Assembly (NCBI GenBank): GCA_001949185.1
Contig: BDGG01000013.1
Span: forward strand, 1,504,617-1,568,616
Direction: 5' to 3'
DNA length: 64,000 bases
Source of the DNA: Ramazzottius varieornatus
Lineage: Eukaryota > Animalia > Tardigrada
The translations under genes were made by a program, and so were the position numbers. Shown here one piece after another: positions 13,091 through 26,661 of this stretch. Numbering within the stretch: the first letter of the stretch is position 1; the number at the start of each line of letters is the position of its first letter. Under the pieces are notes generated by a model. That model did not search any database. It saw nothing but the letters and a program-made list of their open reading frames with translations, and was not told the DNA's origin.

Positions 13091-15310
13091 ATGGTTTTGA
13101 GAAACGAAGCTATGATCTTCAGTTTTGCGTTAATACTGAAAGCTAGCCTAGGATTTTGTTCCTTCTATCCGCTGAATTTCATCACAATTAGTACTGGCGA
13201 CAACCCAATATTCGGCCATACTACATCCGAACCCGGCTTCTTGGCGGCATATAATCGTTTGAAACCACTTTATCCAGAGATCTTCATGAATTCCACCTGG
13301 CATTCATTTTACTATCCCGGGGGGAATATTCCCTGTGCCGATGCAGCCATCCAAATGGAATTTATTGCCGGTGACATTTACGACCAGATGAAAAATGTCT
13401 CAGGGTTTACCATTTTACTTTCTACCGGATGTAGTCTGGAAACAATGGTTTTGGGCGACTTTGCGCGAGAATGGGATGCCCCTTTGTTCTCAAGCACTTC
13501 TGGAGACACAAGGCTGGCCAATAAACTACGGTTCCCGACGGTCCTTTCCGGTAGTGGCGCTGCGGATCATACATCGATGGCCTTTGCCGCCAAAGCCTTG
13601 TTGGATAAGTACCGGTGGCGAACGCTGACTTTTTTGTACGACCTGGGATCCCAGTATCCAGGCGTGAACGCCTTCTTCACTCTTTCACACACAAACATCA
13701 AAGCTATGCTGCAGCTTAATTTAGGCGAATATTCGATTCAAACATTTCGCTTCGATTCCGGGGGGCCCGACTTCGACGCCGATGCTCTACTGCAAAAAAC
13801 AAAACGTCAAAGTCGAGGTAACAACCTCTCACTACATACTGTCATGTTATTGAAAAATTGTGAAGGCATGTTCTTCAACGCACAACGTTTGACTTAGTCA
13901 TCTTCTTGTTTACCCATCCCCGTGTTTTGAGACACTTTCTGGTAAGTCATCGTGAGCTCAAAAAGCAGTACTAAGTATTCCTTCCGTATCGCTCATTGGT
14001 CTTTCGGGGTTTACATCCAGGTTCGAGCATTCTATCAAGGAATGGCCGACGGTTCCTACGTATGTAGGACCTCGCTGTCTGTAAAACCTTGCCAGTCCTT
14101 GAGGAGTTTGAACGGCACACCTAACTATCCAACTGACCTAGGTGTTCTTCGCTTCGATGTTGCCCACAGTTCCCACTCGTGGCCCAATTACATGGAAGTT
14201 TTCCGACAATGATGATAGTGTAGGTTCATTACGATGCACAAGGTCGATGAACGGTTGGGACCTTTCAGCCAGCCTGAATGCTTTTATCTACTTTTATCTG
14301 GATGCTTGTATTAATAATATGTTGACGATTCGGTAACTGCAGGCCGCTTTCGCTGCGTTCCAGAATCTGCTAGTCTTCCAGACAACAGAGCCGGCTTGGT
14401 CAGACATAAAGGATTGGATCGCCGATATTATCAACACAACGAAATCGTACTACAACTACACACCAACTGCGGATCAGTCAGTCAACGAGATCGCCATCTC
14501 CGCCTACGAAATCCTTTATGCATTGACAGAGGCACATGCAGTCTTCTTACTTTGAGAAATAACTTTGAGGGATACTTAATTTGATGTAGAGTTTTCGGCA
14601 ATGCCATAAGCTTAGTTTGTTTAACATTTACTCACAGGTACTGAACAGAAGTGGCCTTTCATCTTCTTGCGACAGATTGCTCACCGGGAGAACTCTGGCT
14701 CGAAGATTATGGAACTCATCATTGACACTTCCCTCTCGTGATTTTACACTTTCTACAACCGGGATGCGGGTAACAAACATCCCCTTTTCCCGGCTGGACT
14801 GGGAGGGAACCAGAGAGATGCAGGTGCACGACGTTGGCGTTCCCGTTTCGAAATCTAATCACAAAACGTTTACCAACGTTACTGACTTTGTGTTAGCTTT
14901 TTAGATAATATGGAGATACATTTCCGCGAATGCCAAGCTGGTGTCCGTTTCCTCTTTATCCGAACAATGGAAAGGCGGTGGAGCTCCACCCGACCGCCCA
15001 CTTTGTGGTTATGAGGGGGATCTCTGCCCCCGCTCCAGCACGGCGAACCAAGCTCTAACCGGTGCGACAGTTTTCGTCGCGCTTTCACTCTGCTTAGCGG
15101 TTGCTATGTGTATATGGTACGATATTTTTCAAGAAATGAGTTATTACCTTTTTATTCTTCCAGATAAATTATTGTTGCAGGAGCAGGCACCGCTCACAAA
15201 ATTCTTCGGGCGATTTAGCGTGGTATTTCGTCGACTTGGAACGTTTTTCTATAACTTGTCCAATATGCCCCAACAACATAATAGTGTCACAGAAGTTTAG
15301 ACGACTTTAG
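13091..15310 (+). CDS. Receptor guanylyl cyclase / natriuretic peptide receptor-like ectodomain protein, single TM, short tail (copy 1)
   Basis: Signal peptide; ANF-receptor/periplasmic-binding-fold ectodomain (STGCSLE..LGDFAREWD.PL, RLANKLRFPT, LLDKYRWRT); juxtamembrane PPDRPLCGYEGDLC; TM helix. 8 exons. The last exon (15181-15310) ends in TAG after about 43 aa. Confidence 0.75.
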
Positions 15311-18239
15311 TTTGCAAAAAGCTTCGGTTTATATACCGGATACGTTGCGTTCTTGATTGGTTTGGGAACCGGCCTCAGTCATTCTTAATTGTTTTGATAT
15401 CTATCTCGTATCTCCTGTCATTAGTTTTGCCCTGCAAAGGCCACTTGGATATCAGGTTTGACTGTCGGGCTGGGTCAGCTGCAACTACGAGTCTAGGCCG
15501 ATCTCACACGAAGGTTTTTAGATATTACGATATTACCTCTGTTACGACAATCTGGCATTCAATGAACTATGATTCTCGCTACAGATTTAAAGAGAGAAAC
15601 AAACACTGTACGTAGGCTAAAAAATTCAGAATCGACGGAGTAATCTGTTTCTAGTGGGAAGTAATCATAGCTTGACATATTGCGCATCCCTTTGAATTTC
15701 ATGCGAAAATCTACTTCGTCATCATGCAGTGTAACATAAGCAAAGTCATACGGCCGTCTTGCGGTGTAAGAGCGCGTGGGTCGTATTGTTCGACATCCAA
15801 TGCATCGTGGATTGAGCAGAAGCATGATTATTTCGTGTGTGGGAGCTGGGAAGAACCACCTCAAACAGTAGATTGTTGCACGGGACATTAACCAAGTGCA
15901 GCTAGGCAGTGTTTTTCATCGCGACGTTTGAGCTCGAGCGATTCAGAGTCAAAGGCATTAGTAAGGAACGGGTCGCGCATATCCTGGAGTGCTGCTTTCT
16001 CTAGCAATAAGGATTCGGAAAAATGGATACCACAGACGCCATGATAAAACGTGAAAGCGAGCCAGTTTTCTAGGTACTCCGGCAGTTCCTTGCTGGTTGA
16101 TTTGTTGATCAATCCAAACGCATGTCACGTGATCCATAAGAACAAACATCGGACTTCATGATGATACCAAATGTGGTCAGATCGGATGAGAGAATACAGA
16201 AATATGAGTTTTGAGCTGACAGGTGGGAGGATCGGTCACTTATGCGGCTCAGTGTACATGGCTGAGACACTTATCTGCGGTCTTGCTAGCATGCAGAAGG
16301 GAATAAGCCGTACACGTACTTTGCATAATTATGGGAATGGACGTAATTACGGGCCACCCACTTTTTGAGCCAGCTAGAAGGCTGACTGTGTTTGCTCTCA
16401 TGTAGGGACCTTAAAAATCCATACGCTATGTGACTAAACTTCCGTAAAGTACGTGCACCGAGTATTTGCATTGAGCAATTCCCTGTTCGGGCCGTATTCA
16501 AATTCATTCAACCCGACTATCGGTTCGGTTCCGAAAGCCGATGCCATAGTTTGAATTCCCGACTGCAAAAACTAATTAAAATTGTACGGGCACCAATGAT
16601 ATCGATACAAGCAGTTCGCTTTGCCTTCCGCTCGCTCGCAGCTTGCCTTAAATCGAGGGAAAGTTAAACGTGCGGAGATCTTTCATGGGTGGTCTGGTTT
16701 AGGATGCTTGAAGCTGCCGTTCAGTAAGGTTTAAAACATTTGTGGGAAATAAGTTCATAGGAATGACACTGAGCAAAAAGGGGTCAGAGCAATTAATTTT
16801 GAACAGAGGTCCACAGCGTGTTTCTCACGAGGAAAGTGGTTACAGACGACGGAAAATTGTTGAGCATGTCTAATGAAAGTCAAAACGAGAAAACGGCGTA
16901 CGAGTCTGGACCGGAATGAAGTTACCGGAATAAATGTATCGGTTGAACGGTATGAAAGCAGTGTCCATTAGTAAACTTTATCTTGTGCAAAACTCGTCAA
17001 AGGAAAAAAACGTGCTCGTCAGTTCTATTGTCATGTAGTGTCTGTCGCCCGCTTCACATCCTAATAGGAAAGTTTGTGGAAATTTGGTTTGCTCACTCTA
17101 AAGAACTTTTCTGGACGATGAAACATCACTGTGGATGTTGTGTGGACCTAATTTGCGATTTTCAGGACCTGTGTGGAGATGTTCAGATCTGGTGATGCGG
17201 ATATCATTAGAAATTTTCACGTGTAGGAATCTCAAACACTCTACAACCTGCGAATACCTGCGGGAAACGTGCAGACGTACCTATGAATAACCAAAAACAT
17301 TCTGTAGCAAATCTGTACCTTACTCGTTAGACTCGTGCCTCTACCCGTTGGATAGACTATCTTTAGATCTTGTGACGAGTATATACTGTATTTTAGGGCC
17401 TTCACTTTGATCGTTTGATCAGCACAACCGATAGAAAACCAGCCTTTTTACCGGTAGTATCTGGCCTTAATCGACGAGATATTTCCAGCAAGCGACCTAT
17501 ACTGCCGTGCTGCCTTAAACTATTCTTCTACAGAAGACTATGGTCGGAACTAATTCTTCGAATATAATTCTGCTTTACCCGTTTTCGGTACTTAATTCTG
17601 ACGGCGTAAAAAGTTGTGACATTACAGCCCCTGCTTGATTCGTTTCTCATCGTACGCTTGTTGATACGCGTTCAGGTTTTTGAAGATTGGGTAGACCCAT
17701 CTCTCTCCGACATCGGTTTCTTCGATCCACAACTTCTGGCCATTCCCAAACCCATTCAGACCTCTAGGAAATAAATGTTTCTACGTGGGAAACAAAAACC
17801 TATGAGAGCCGGTGCAGTGGGATCAGAAATGTAAACCGTGAGAATTATATCCCGAAAAGGGGCACGGTATAATTATGTCCTCTTTCTCATACATTCAACC
17901 AACATTGCTCCAGATCTTCAAACAAAGGTTTCAAGAGCTCGAACGACCCAGATAAACAATTTAACAGTAGAAAAAAGGAGCACAAAATTTTTCGCAGCAC
18001 TTCAAAACCATCGGCTTGATGTGAATCAGCCCGTATTCTAACTTTGCTTAGTGATGATGCCGACTCATCCATACACAAAGTCAGAAAAGAAATATTAGCA
18101 AAAATCAACGGCAATAAAATTCGAAAACAGCTCCGTCATGTACCTCTCTGATGGTACCTGAGACGGAGAGAAGTTATGAATTAAATCGGTTGGATGGATT
18201 AACCGCAGTTGATGTCACGGAAAACAAAGGATAACAGTA

Positions 18240-18462
18240 CACGCACCTGGCCTAAATGTGGGGATGGATAAAAATGTGGGGAAGGAGCGAAACGACTGTG
18301 CTTCGATTAATTGGTCAACCAAAGCTGGCCCGTGTCGCTTTCGCTCCGTTCCNNNNNNNNNNNNNNNNNNNNNNNNNNNNNNNNNNNNNNNNNNNNNNNN
18401 NNCCCCACATTTTTGTCCATCCCCACATTTTTGTCCATCCCCACATTTAGGCCAAGCACGTG
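18240..18462. mobile_element. MITE, TA-flanked, with internal 18-bp repeats (spans an assembly gap)
   Basis: TIR CACG..C.TGGCCTAAATGTGGGGATGGA.AAAAATGTGGGG at both ends, TA on both sides. Confidence 0.75.
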
Positions 18463-18938
18463 TATTTGTAACTTAGGATATTCGATACGATATTGCTATA
18501 TCGTAGTGTTGCTAGCACTGCGTCTGGAATGTGGGGGATTAATGTAGCCATGCAGTGCGGGTTGACCCACACTGATGCAGTTGACAATGGCCCATATCTG
18601 TTGATCGTACGTAGAGTCCTACTGGCAATACTGATGGAGACGGATCAGAGCTCCGGCATCTTGATGAGCGCAGGCGGAGAGGTCAGGGTAAGGGTGCCTG
18701 AAACTGCCATCATGTCGCGATCGGCTACGCAACGTGCACTTTCGCAAATTCTATGAAGATGGCAGTGGGACCTGTGTAGGCAATAAAAGCTGCCGGATTA
18801 CTACTCCCCCTGCTCGCAGCTTTTTTTGTGAAAAGCAGTCATCCTTCCCATCCAGTGATCTGTTTTTAGTGCGTATGAATGGTATGCAAATATGCACCTA
18901 TTCCAACATTTCTAGAAACGTGGCTCAGCGGAGTAGCG

Positions 18939-21900
18939 ATGTTTCTAAACATTGACCTGTTACTCTTGTGCATCGTATGCTCTGGTTTCGTGAACTGTGG
19001 TACCGCCCCTGCTGACCTCAGTTTTATCGCTCTCAGTACCGGAAACAACCCTATCTATGGCCACATTTCATCCGAGCCCGGCTACTCGGCGGCCTATAAT
19101 CGTCTGAAACCACTTTATCCAAAGGTGTTGGGTAATTCCAAATGGCATTCCTTGTATTACCCTGGAGGAAACATTCTGTGCGGCGATGCGGCGGTGCAAA
19201 TGGAGCTCATGGCTGGTGGCATCTATGATTTGCTAAAAACTTTTTCCGGCTTTCCTATACTACTGTCTACTGGCTGTAGTCTGGAAGTGTTGGTCATGGG
19301 CGACTACGCCCGAGAATGGGACGTGCCGTTATTTTCAAGTACTTCTGGAGATATTCGGTTAGCTAATAAACAACGCTTTCCGACAGTCATATCGGGAAGT
19401 GGAGGCTCAGACTACACATCGCTAGCACTCGCTGTTGAAGCGTTGCTTGACAAGTTCCGCTGGAGGACTCTGACGTTTCTCCTTGATTTGGCGTCAAATT
19501 ACCCTGGAGTCAGTAACTATTACCCTCTGTCTTATGCGAATATTAAAGCCGCTCTGGATGCAAGATGGGGCAAATATGCGATCTACACACTTCGTTTTAA
19601 TTCTGGCGATCCAGACTACATGTTCAGTGTCGACGATCTGCTGCACAAAACAAAAACACAAAGTCGAAGTACGCACGAATAAAAATATTGTGATGGCTTT
19701 TGATTAGTAACCGGTACTCGTAAAGCATTTCGATTTCCGCTCTCTCAAAAGGTTGCTTTGACACTTGAGAGGTGGACAGATCAGACCAAAGCACGTCAAC
19801 TTTTTACTTTCAGTCGTTTTCCTGTTTACCACTGCCCGGGTTATGAGGCTCATCTTGGTAAGTCATGCAGCAAATCTATCATTACCGATTTTGCCGGCAC
19901 CAGCATTGCTATTTTAGAATACAAGCACGAGCTCGCCTGCGGCTCGCCCCGCTTGTTTTGTAAGCTACCTCTTCGTCAAGAATTTCTAAAATTTATCTTT
20001 TCTCTTGAAGACCTTGCAAATTACACACTTGGCACAAACAAACCTCACTTCGGCCAAATCGACTGCCTTTATAAATGTATGAAAATTAAACATCATCAGT
20101 TTTCGTTCGTGAATCACAACCGAGAAACCCCCTCCGTCAGCTCGAAACTTCCCCGAACCATCTACGGTAGTGTTCTGGCCGGCAATGAGCACTGCACAGC
20201 GTAACTAAGGCCCAGTTAGTGCAGCAGGCTTTTATTTCGTAAAAAGGGGTTCACTCAGATTTACCGGCATCTTGGCCAACTCTATTTAACTTAGTTATAA
20301 ATAATAGTTATAAAGAAGATTCACTTGTTACAAAACTTTTCCAACAACACCACAATTTCCACACATGAAAAAATGTTTTCGAAACTGTTAACCAAGACAG
20401 AATTAGTTGTGACGACATTAATGCCCTGTGCTGATGCAGCGCTGTATCTTAGTTGCACCCTGCACAGTCTGCGTGACTGGTCCATCCCGTCGTGCTGCTG
20501 ACTGAAATGAGTGTCATAACACCTGGTAAGCCTTCTAGGCTTTGTCCCGTCTCTTGACACTGGTCTGTGAAGGAAACCGGGGTAGTTTCTTTTCGCCTTT
20601 TTTAAGGAATTTTCCTTTAAACATATACGTGACTCGAATCTCTTGTAAAGCGACAGGCAACAGTGTGATCAGTCCAGCAGACTGTGCAGTGTGTAATTAA
20701 GTACAGCACTACATCAGCAAAGGGCATTGATGTGGTCACAACTAATTCTGTCTTCGTCAACAGTTTCGAAAATATTTTGTTATGTGTGGAAAGGGTGGTG
20801 TAATTGGAAAAGATTTGTATAGGCGTTTCGAAACGTATGTATGAGTTGCAGTTTGATATTTTGGTATCTGTGGAAAATGGTTTGCTTGGATACGCATTGT
20901 TTCACGCGCTTGATTATTGATACGTGGAGCGATCTAAACAAAATATTAGCTTCAATTTTAGACATAAAAAGTATGAATCGTCCTAAGTTAGGTTATGATA
21001 TGGAGAGTAGCCTGATTGGAATATGTTAGTAGGTTCGAAGATTCACTAGTTATAACAATTGATTGTTATTGGGCGCAGCTTTAGTAAGAGGTTGACAGTA
21101 CTGTGATGCTTCATGAACTTCGCGAAGCACATCATCATACGCGTACAGTTGAGTACCGGTCCGAAAATTTTGCCCTACCAACCCCCTAAGGGATCGCACG
21201 TACGATGACGTGATTCGCGAAGTTCATGAAGCATATGGCCACTTTTAATAATCCAAAACGCCGCCGTGCCCGCCGCGATTGCATGTACATGGTCCGTATC
21301 AAACGAGTGCTGTACGACGGCGAACGTTTCTCTGCCGGCAAGCACAGCGCACAGACCAGGTTGCCAACAATTTAGGCAAGTTGCACTGAGAGAAGATGCC
21401 AGAAGAGCTTGCCAGAGTGCTGTGTGAGTCAGCAGTTTGCGGCAGTATGGGAAGCTCTTTCGGGCACCAGTCCAAACTCTGCGAGCATGTATCAGTCAGA
21501 GCGATCAAACGATCGCATGCGAGCCTTGTACGTCACCCTACACAGGCGTCAGGCGTGCTGATAGGTCAGGTTCTGAGCAGCCAGTCAAAAACTGAGCCTA
21601 ATAAAACCGGCTATAATGAAGCATTACAGTACGAGTATCGTGATAAGACATGCGCGGTGTCTGAGAAGCCCTCCATGTTTTAGATTCGAGCTTACAAGAA
21701 CCATCAGGACATGATGGATGGATCCTACGTACGTATGGTCCTTTGCACGTAAACATATTACTGAAAATCAAAACCTGTTTTGCGTGGCTTCTTTTACGGG
21801 ATGAGTTGCACATCATAACATGCAATGCACTTACCAGTATTCCTAAAAATGAACTTCCGCATCCGGTTTGAATTAACAGGTATTTTTGGCTTCGATGCTT

Positions 21901-22996
21901 CCTGCAGTTCCCTCGCGCGGCAATCTCACCTGGAAGTACTCCGACAATGATGACAAAGTAAGAACAATATGAAACGTTCGATTTCCGCCAGAAATGATAT
22001 CTGCGGCCATTGCAGGTGGCCTTTGAAGCTTTTCACCATCTGATAGTCTTCCAGACGACAGAGCCGGCATGGTCTAAAATTCAAAACTGGACCGACGACA
22101 TCGTTGCTACTGCGGCATTACAGTACAATGTCAGCTTGACAGAGGAACAGTCTATCAATGAATATTCCATAGCGTCGTACGAGATACTTTATGCACTTGC
22201 CGAGGTCTGTTATCCCATTACATACATCTTATTATTACCTCCGTGATGTGCTTCCTCACTTTGATTAGGTGCTTAATAGAAGTGGATTCCAGAGTAACTT
22301 AGACAAGCAGCTGAGCGGAAGACAGCTGGCAAAAAAGATGTGGAACTCAACCTTGACGCTTCCTTCCCGAGATTTCACTATCTCTGCGAATGGAATGCGG
22401 AAGACGGACATCTCGTTTTACCGACTAGACGTGGACTGCACGAAGAACTGGAGGTAGTACCAAAAAATACAACCATGTTGAGTTTGCATTTTTCCTGGTT
22501 CTCTTCGGAAGAAAGGAGGTATTGTCAACTTCCAATATTCATTAGTTGATGCTCCATTTTTTACCTAGACTGCATGGAAATATCTCTGTGTAGACCGTCG
22601 CCTCATTTCCGTATCCGACCTGACGGAACAATGGAAACACGGCCAAACTCCACTAGATTGCCCTCTTTGTGGATATGCTGGCAACCTCTGTCCCGGCAGT
22701 AGCGTGACCAATGCAGTATCCGCAGGGGCGATATTGACATTTCTTCTGGTGTCTTTTGTGTCAGCTTTGATTTCATGGTATGGCTCATGCAAAGAAGATG
22801 TGACCATATATTTGAATTCGAATGCGAAGGACTGAAAAGTCTTTTACTAACGAGAGTCGGTTGATTCCGCAGGGAAAAGAGCCGTTCACGGAAGCTAACA
22901 GACTCTGAATGGTGGTGGATCGTACATTCTGATCATCTATTCGCTACCGCTGGTCCTGCCTCTCGTGTAAAAGCTGTAAGCCAAGTTGGCAAGTAA
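18939..22996 (+). CDS. Receptor GC/NPR-like ectodomain protein (copy 2); frameshift before the TM exon, so pseudogene or secreted form
   Basis: Same 8-exon architecture: approximately 18939-19668, 19814-19857, 21684-21728, 21880-21957, 22016-22204, 22269-22453, 22569-22777, 22873-22996. Exon 6 ends in phase 2 while exon 7 needs phase 0. Confidence 0.7.
20331..20817. mobile_element. Foldback/MITE with long imperfect inverted repeats, in intron 2 of copy 2
   Basis: About 20331-20490 is the imperfect reverse complement of about 20670-20817 (e.g. GACAGAATTAGTTGTGAC / GTCACAACTAATTCTGTC). TA-flanked. Confidence 0.65.
21106..21234. repeat. Small inverted-repeat element (MITE-like hairpin)
   Basis: ATGCTTCATGAACTTCGCGAA.CAC.TCATC.TACG at the left end; its reverse complement at the right end. 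Confidence 0.65.
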
Positions 22997-24449
22997 ATCA
23001 CCGTACAAGCATATTTTCGGGATACGGAACTCGTCTGCTTCTTGTCTCAACCGCCAGAATCATGGGCCGAACTTCCTTCGTTCTTTACCAATCGGAAATT
23101 TATCAAACCAGACCTGAACATAAATTAGGCTGAACTGCATTGCTTTCTTGGCGCGCTTTAGTCAAGAGGCTGAGTTGAAGCGAAACGATATAGAGCCGAA
23201 GAGGTTCATCATGGTTCGCCTGGAGTTATGCTGTACGACTTCCTTGCCGTGGTGATTGCCACTACTATGGCACCCTTTTAGCACCGCCGTTTCCCAGTTC
23301 GTAACTGTTTTAAAATTCAACTGTTTCAAAGAAGTTTGAACGTTTCCGAACGAACGGAACGACCAAGCTGTGTACCGTGTATATGACTTGGCTTTCTGCA
23401 GCCTCATATAGTTTCCATTCGGAAAATATCAGCACCGTTTAGAAGACTGGGGAACGCCCTTCGTTGTGGCACGGCCCTGTACAGCTTCTGTCTGAAACAC
23501 GGCCGTATAAACAGCCTGAGTGCGGAGAAGTTTTCTAAAGAAACTATTCCATTACTGCCGGGTGAATTTACGGCTCGCCTATGCTGCCAGCCGGAGTCCA
23601 GAGTTAGTAAACTCCAGGTCCCATCTCCGTTCGCGATATCTCACAAATGGCAAGCTCGAAAGATGAAAAGAAGGAGATACCAACAGAAAACAGAAGGGTA
23701 GAGGGGAATCTAGAGAAGAAGATAAAGCTAACAGCACGGAAAAGCGAACTATTCGTCAAGTTGGGCTAATGAGGTTTTCCATGGTGCTGGTGACTAGCGT
23801 CTTGAGTGGTTTTAGCCCCGACGTTTCCCAGTTCGTCAAAGTTTAACCGTTTAAGAAGGTTAACGTTTTCTCAACGAACGAAACATCCAGGCTGTGTTCC
23901 GTGAATATAGCTTGGCTTTGCAGCCTGATACGTGACCTGCAGTACTTTCGGTGCAAGGTCCCAACCAATCAGACGCGAAGGGGAATGTCCCTTGTCACGG
24001 CACGCTCCTGTTCACAAGACGATCCTGTAGATGGCACTGCTTTATGCACCTCACGGCTCTGTGTTGACAAATTGCAAAATTGCCGAAGATTATTTTCAAA
24101 TGTTCAACAAGGCAGTGGCTACTACGGCGTCGGTCCTCGTTCGCGTTATCCTACGTATCAGACGTTTCAAGTAATGAACATAACGAGATATCAATAAAAG
24201 ATGGAGAGGCGGGAAAGAACAGAAGGAAGAGAACAGCAAGAGTGGAGTATATGAGGATATTTCCTGTGCGCAACCTGTCTCAATGGTTTTTTGAGATTCT
24301 CAAGATTTTGTTCTGAATTATTTATATTTTTTAAGATTCTCATGTTTTTACATCCTTCTTCCGTCAATCTGCCACTCTGTCGGGGCTTACTCTACGCGAA
24401 TAGAGTAATCCGAAGGATTTATATTCCTGGAACTTTTAGAATCTGTACA

Positions 24450-25069
24450 TAGTGCTGGCAAAAATACGATGAAATTCGATACGATATTTTTCGATAAAAT
24501 ATTGCCGGATATTTTACCGCGGTCTTCGTTTTTCACTCAGTATCGATATTTCGATACGATATATCTCCAATACCTTATTCTCGATATATCGCTGCGATAT
24601 ATCGATTTTTCTCCAGTTTTAGTTTTTTCGGAATTCAACTGGTTCGAGCCCAAGAACTGAAAACGCCGTTTTCCACATCATCTTTTAGTAAGATTGGAAG
24701 CGCCAGATGCAGCAAAAACATGAATATACCATGACTTCAAACACATGGAAACCTTGATGGAATTATTACCTTAACCAAATGGGCGGAGCGTGCTCGCCTG
24801 CTCGGCATACGATGGCAAAAATCAAGGCTTTGAAATCAGCAATAGTTTTTCGAAAACCTGATATTATTGCCGAGTATGCCATTCAGCAAAATACCGATAT
24901 ATCGAAAATATATTGATATGGCGCGATACGATTTCGCCGAATATTGTATTGCGTTATTAGATATGAGCTTCATATCGATATCTTCGATACGATATCTGCC
25001 GCGTATCTTATCGCAAAGATTCGGAATATCTCGATACGATATCGGTATATCGTATCGTTGCCAGGACTA
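24450..25069. mobile_element. hAT-type MITE with 8-bp TSD
   Basis: TIR TAGT(G/C)CTGGCAA. Perfect target-site duplication TCTGTACA at 24442-24449 and 25070-25077. Dense CGATA(C/T) subterminal repeats. Confidence 0.9.
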
Positions 25070-25473
25070 TCTGTACATCAGCGAACGGTGAATCTGGAAA
25101 TAACTGAAACAGGCTGAAATCCTGAGTTCAGTGTGTTTCAAAGACCCTACGCACCAGATGCGAAAGTGTGTTGAAGCCGCCCCCCCCCCCNNNNNNNNNN
25201 NNNNNNNNNNNNNNNNNNNNNNNNNNNNNNNNNNNNNNNNTGGGGTAGTTTAGGCCAGGCCTTGCCGCTGCGGCGGCACTTCCAGACAGTAGCAGCTCTC
25301 GAAAACGTCGCGTTAAAATCTAGCCGAGGCGCGGTGCTTTGGGGGGAGCATCGACGTAAAAGTCTTCGCAACCCGGAAGTCAGGGAGCTTTCGCCAAACC
25401 GAAAGTTGGCGCACGTCAGCATAATCCTCGGCCCAAAAAAACGTTTTAAAAATATTCAATGCTATTCAGTCAG

Positions 25474-25760
25474 TATGAGGTAAACGACATAATTCGGGCA
25501 TATTTTTTCTCAGCTCCTGCTGCGCGTAATGAACTGTTTCTTGTTTCCTGAAGTATATTATCCCTCTCCTTGAGGTTTCAATAGGTTTGAGGACGACAAA
25601 GCGTTGTGGATTACGGGAATTTGGCCTGGAAGAGAGATGGGTTTGTCCAATGTTAAAATGCCTAATGTTGTATCAACAGGCGTACGATGAGAGATAAATC
25701 AAGCGTTGACGATAGTCTTCGATCTTTTCGTGTCGCCCGAATTATGTCGTTTACCTCATA
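25474..25760. mobile_element. MITE
   Basis: 26-bp perfect inverted repeat TATGAGGTAAACGACATAATTCGGGC at 25474-25499 and 25735-25760. The interior shares a segment with about 17630-17670. Confidence 0.7.
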
Positions 25761-26661
25761 ACACTGTCTGAAATCAGCAAAACTTTATCTTTTGTGAGCG
25801 TTCGTTCTGTCGCTAGAACCGTGAGCGACAAACGTACGTGTAAGCAGAACATTTTCATTAATTTCCCGTTTATTTTTGCTTTTTCGTTTCGCAGCGGTTC
25901 AGAAATATTCTTTTGGTTTTCTTTTAGTAAGACATAAATTTACCTATTGTATCAAAATTATTCCAGAAGAGTCGGTGTTGTCGCGAGTGGGCTGTAATTA
26001 ATCTGGCTGATGCGGGGAAGTTTCGCCCGTAATTAAAACTCATGGTTTCCCACGAACCCTAGCAATCAAACGATCAAAGTTTGTTCAGCAAATCTGCATG
26101 AAAACGCAAGTCGAAAAGATGCTCTGTCTAATGAGTAGAAGGATGATAATATTAATACTAGCTAGTGGTTCTGACCACTGGGAAGGCCGAGCAAAGGAGG
26201 TAAAAGAATATAGGCCACACATTTCTACTGCGTTACGTTGCACTTTCGAGTAAAAAATTTCTATGACCCGGATCAAGTTACGCATTTGTTTTCAGTACAG
26301 AGTTTGCGATATGTGAAAGCTCGAAGAATCTGATCGTCCATTGAAATCTCGACAGACTTAAAAGGGCCTCGCCTCGCTCGGCCTGATCAAGCCAGATTTT
26401 CAAAATCGGTCAAACTTATAGGAATCACCCTGTATGGTGATCAAGAGGTATATCCACTTCAATTGGCCAAGTACAGTACATCCAGTCACATGAACTCTTA
26501 CAATTATGGATCTATCTCAGTCACAGATCAGGCTGCTTCCGATGTGCTTCCTCCATCCGGAAGAACAGATCTAGATCGATGCAGACCTCAAACCGTCACA
26601 TCCCTTCCGTCAGTACTCGCCTCTTCTCCACTTACAGTCCGTAAAATTTCTCAGATAGACA

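Noticed and set aside
15310-18900. Possible kinase/cyclase exons downstream of receptor copy 1
   Set aside because: No kinase-homology or cyclase motifs (e.g. VYKVETIGD, GxKMPRYCLFG) are visible in the ORF track here or after copies 2 and 3.
24450-25069. CGATA-rich repeats as a possible CRISPR-like array
   Set aside because: No constant repeat with unique spacers and no cas genes; explained as hAT MITE subterminal repeats.
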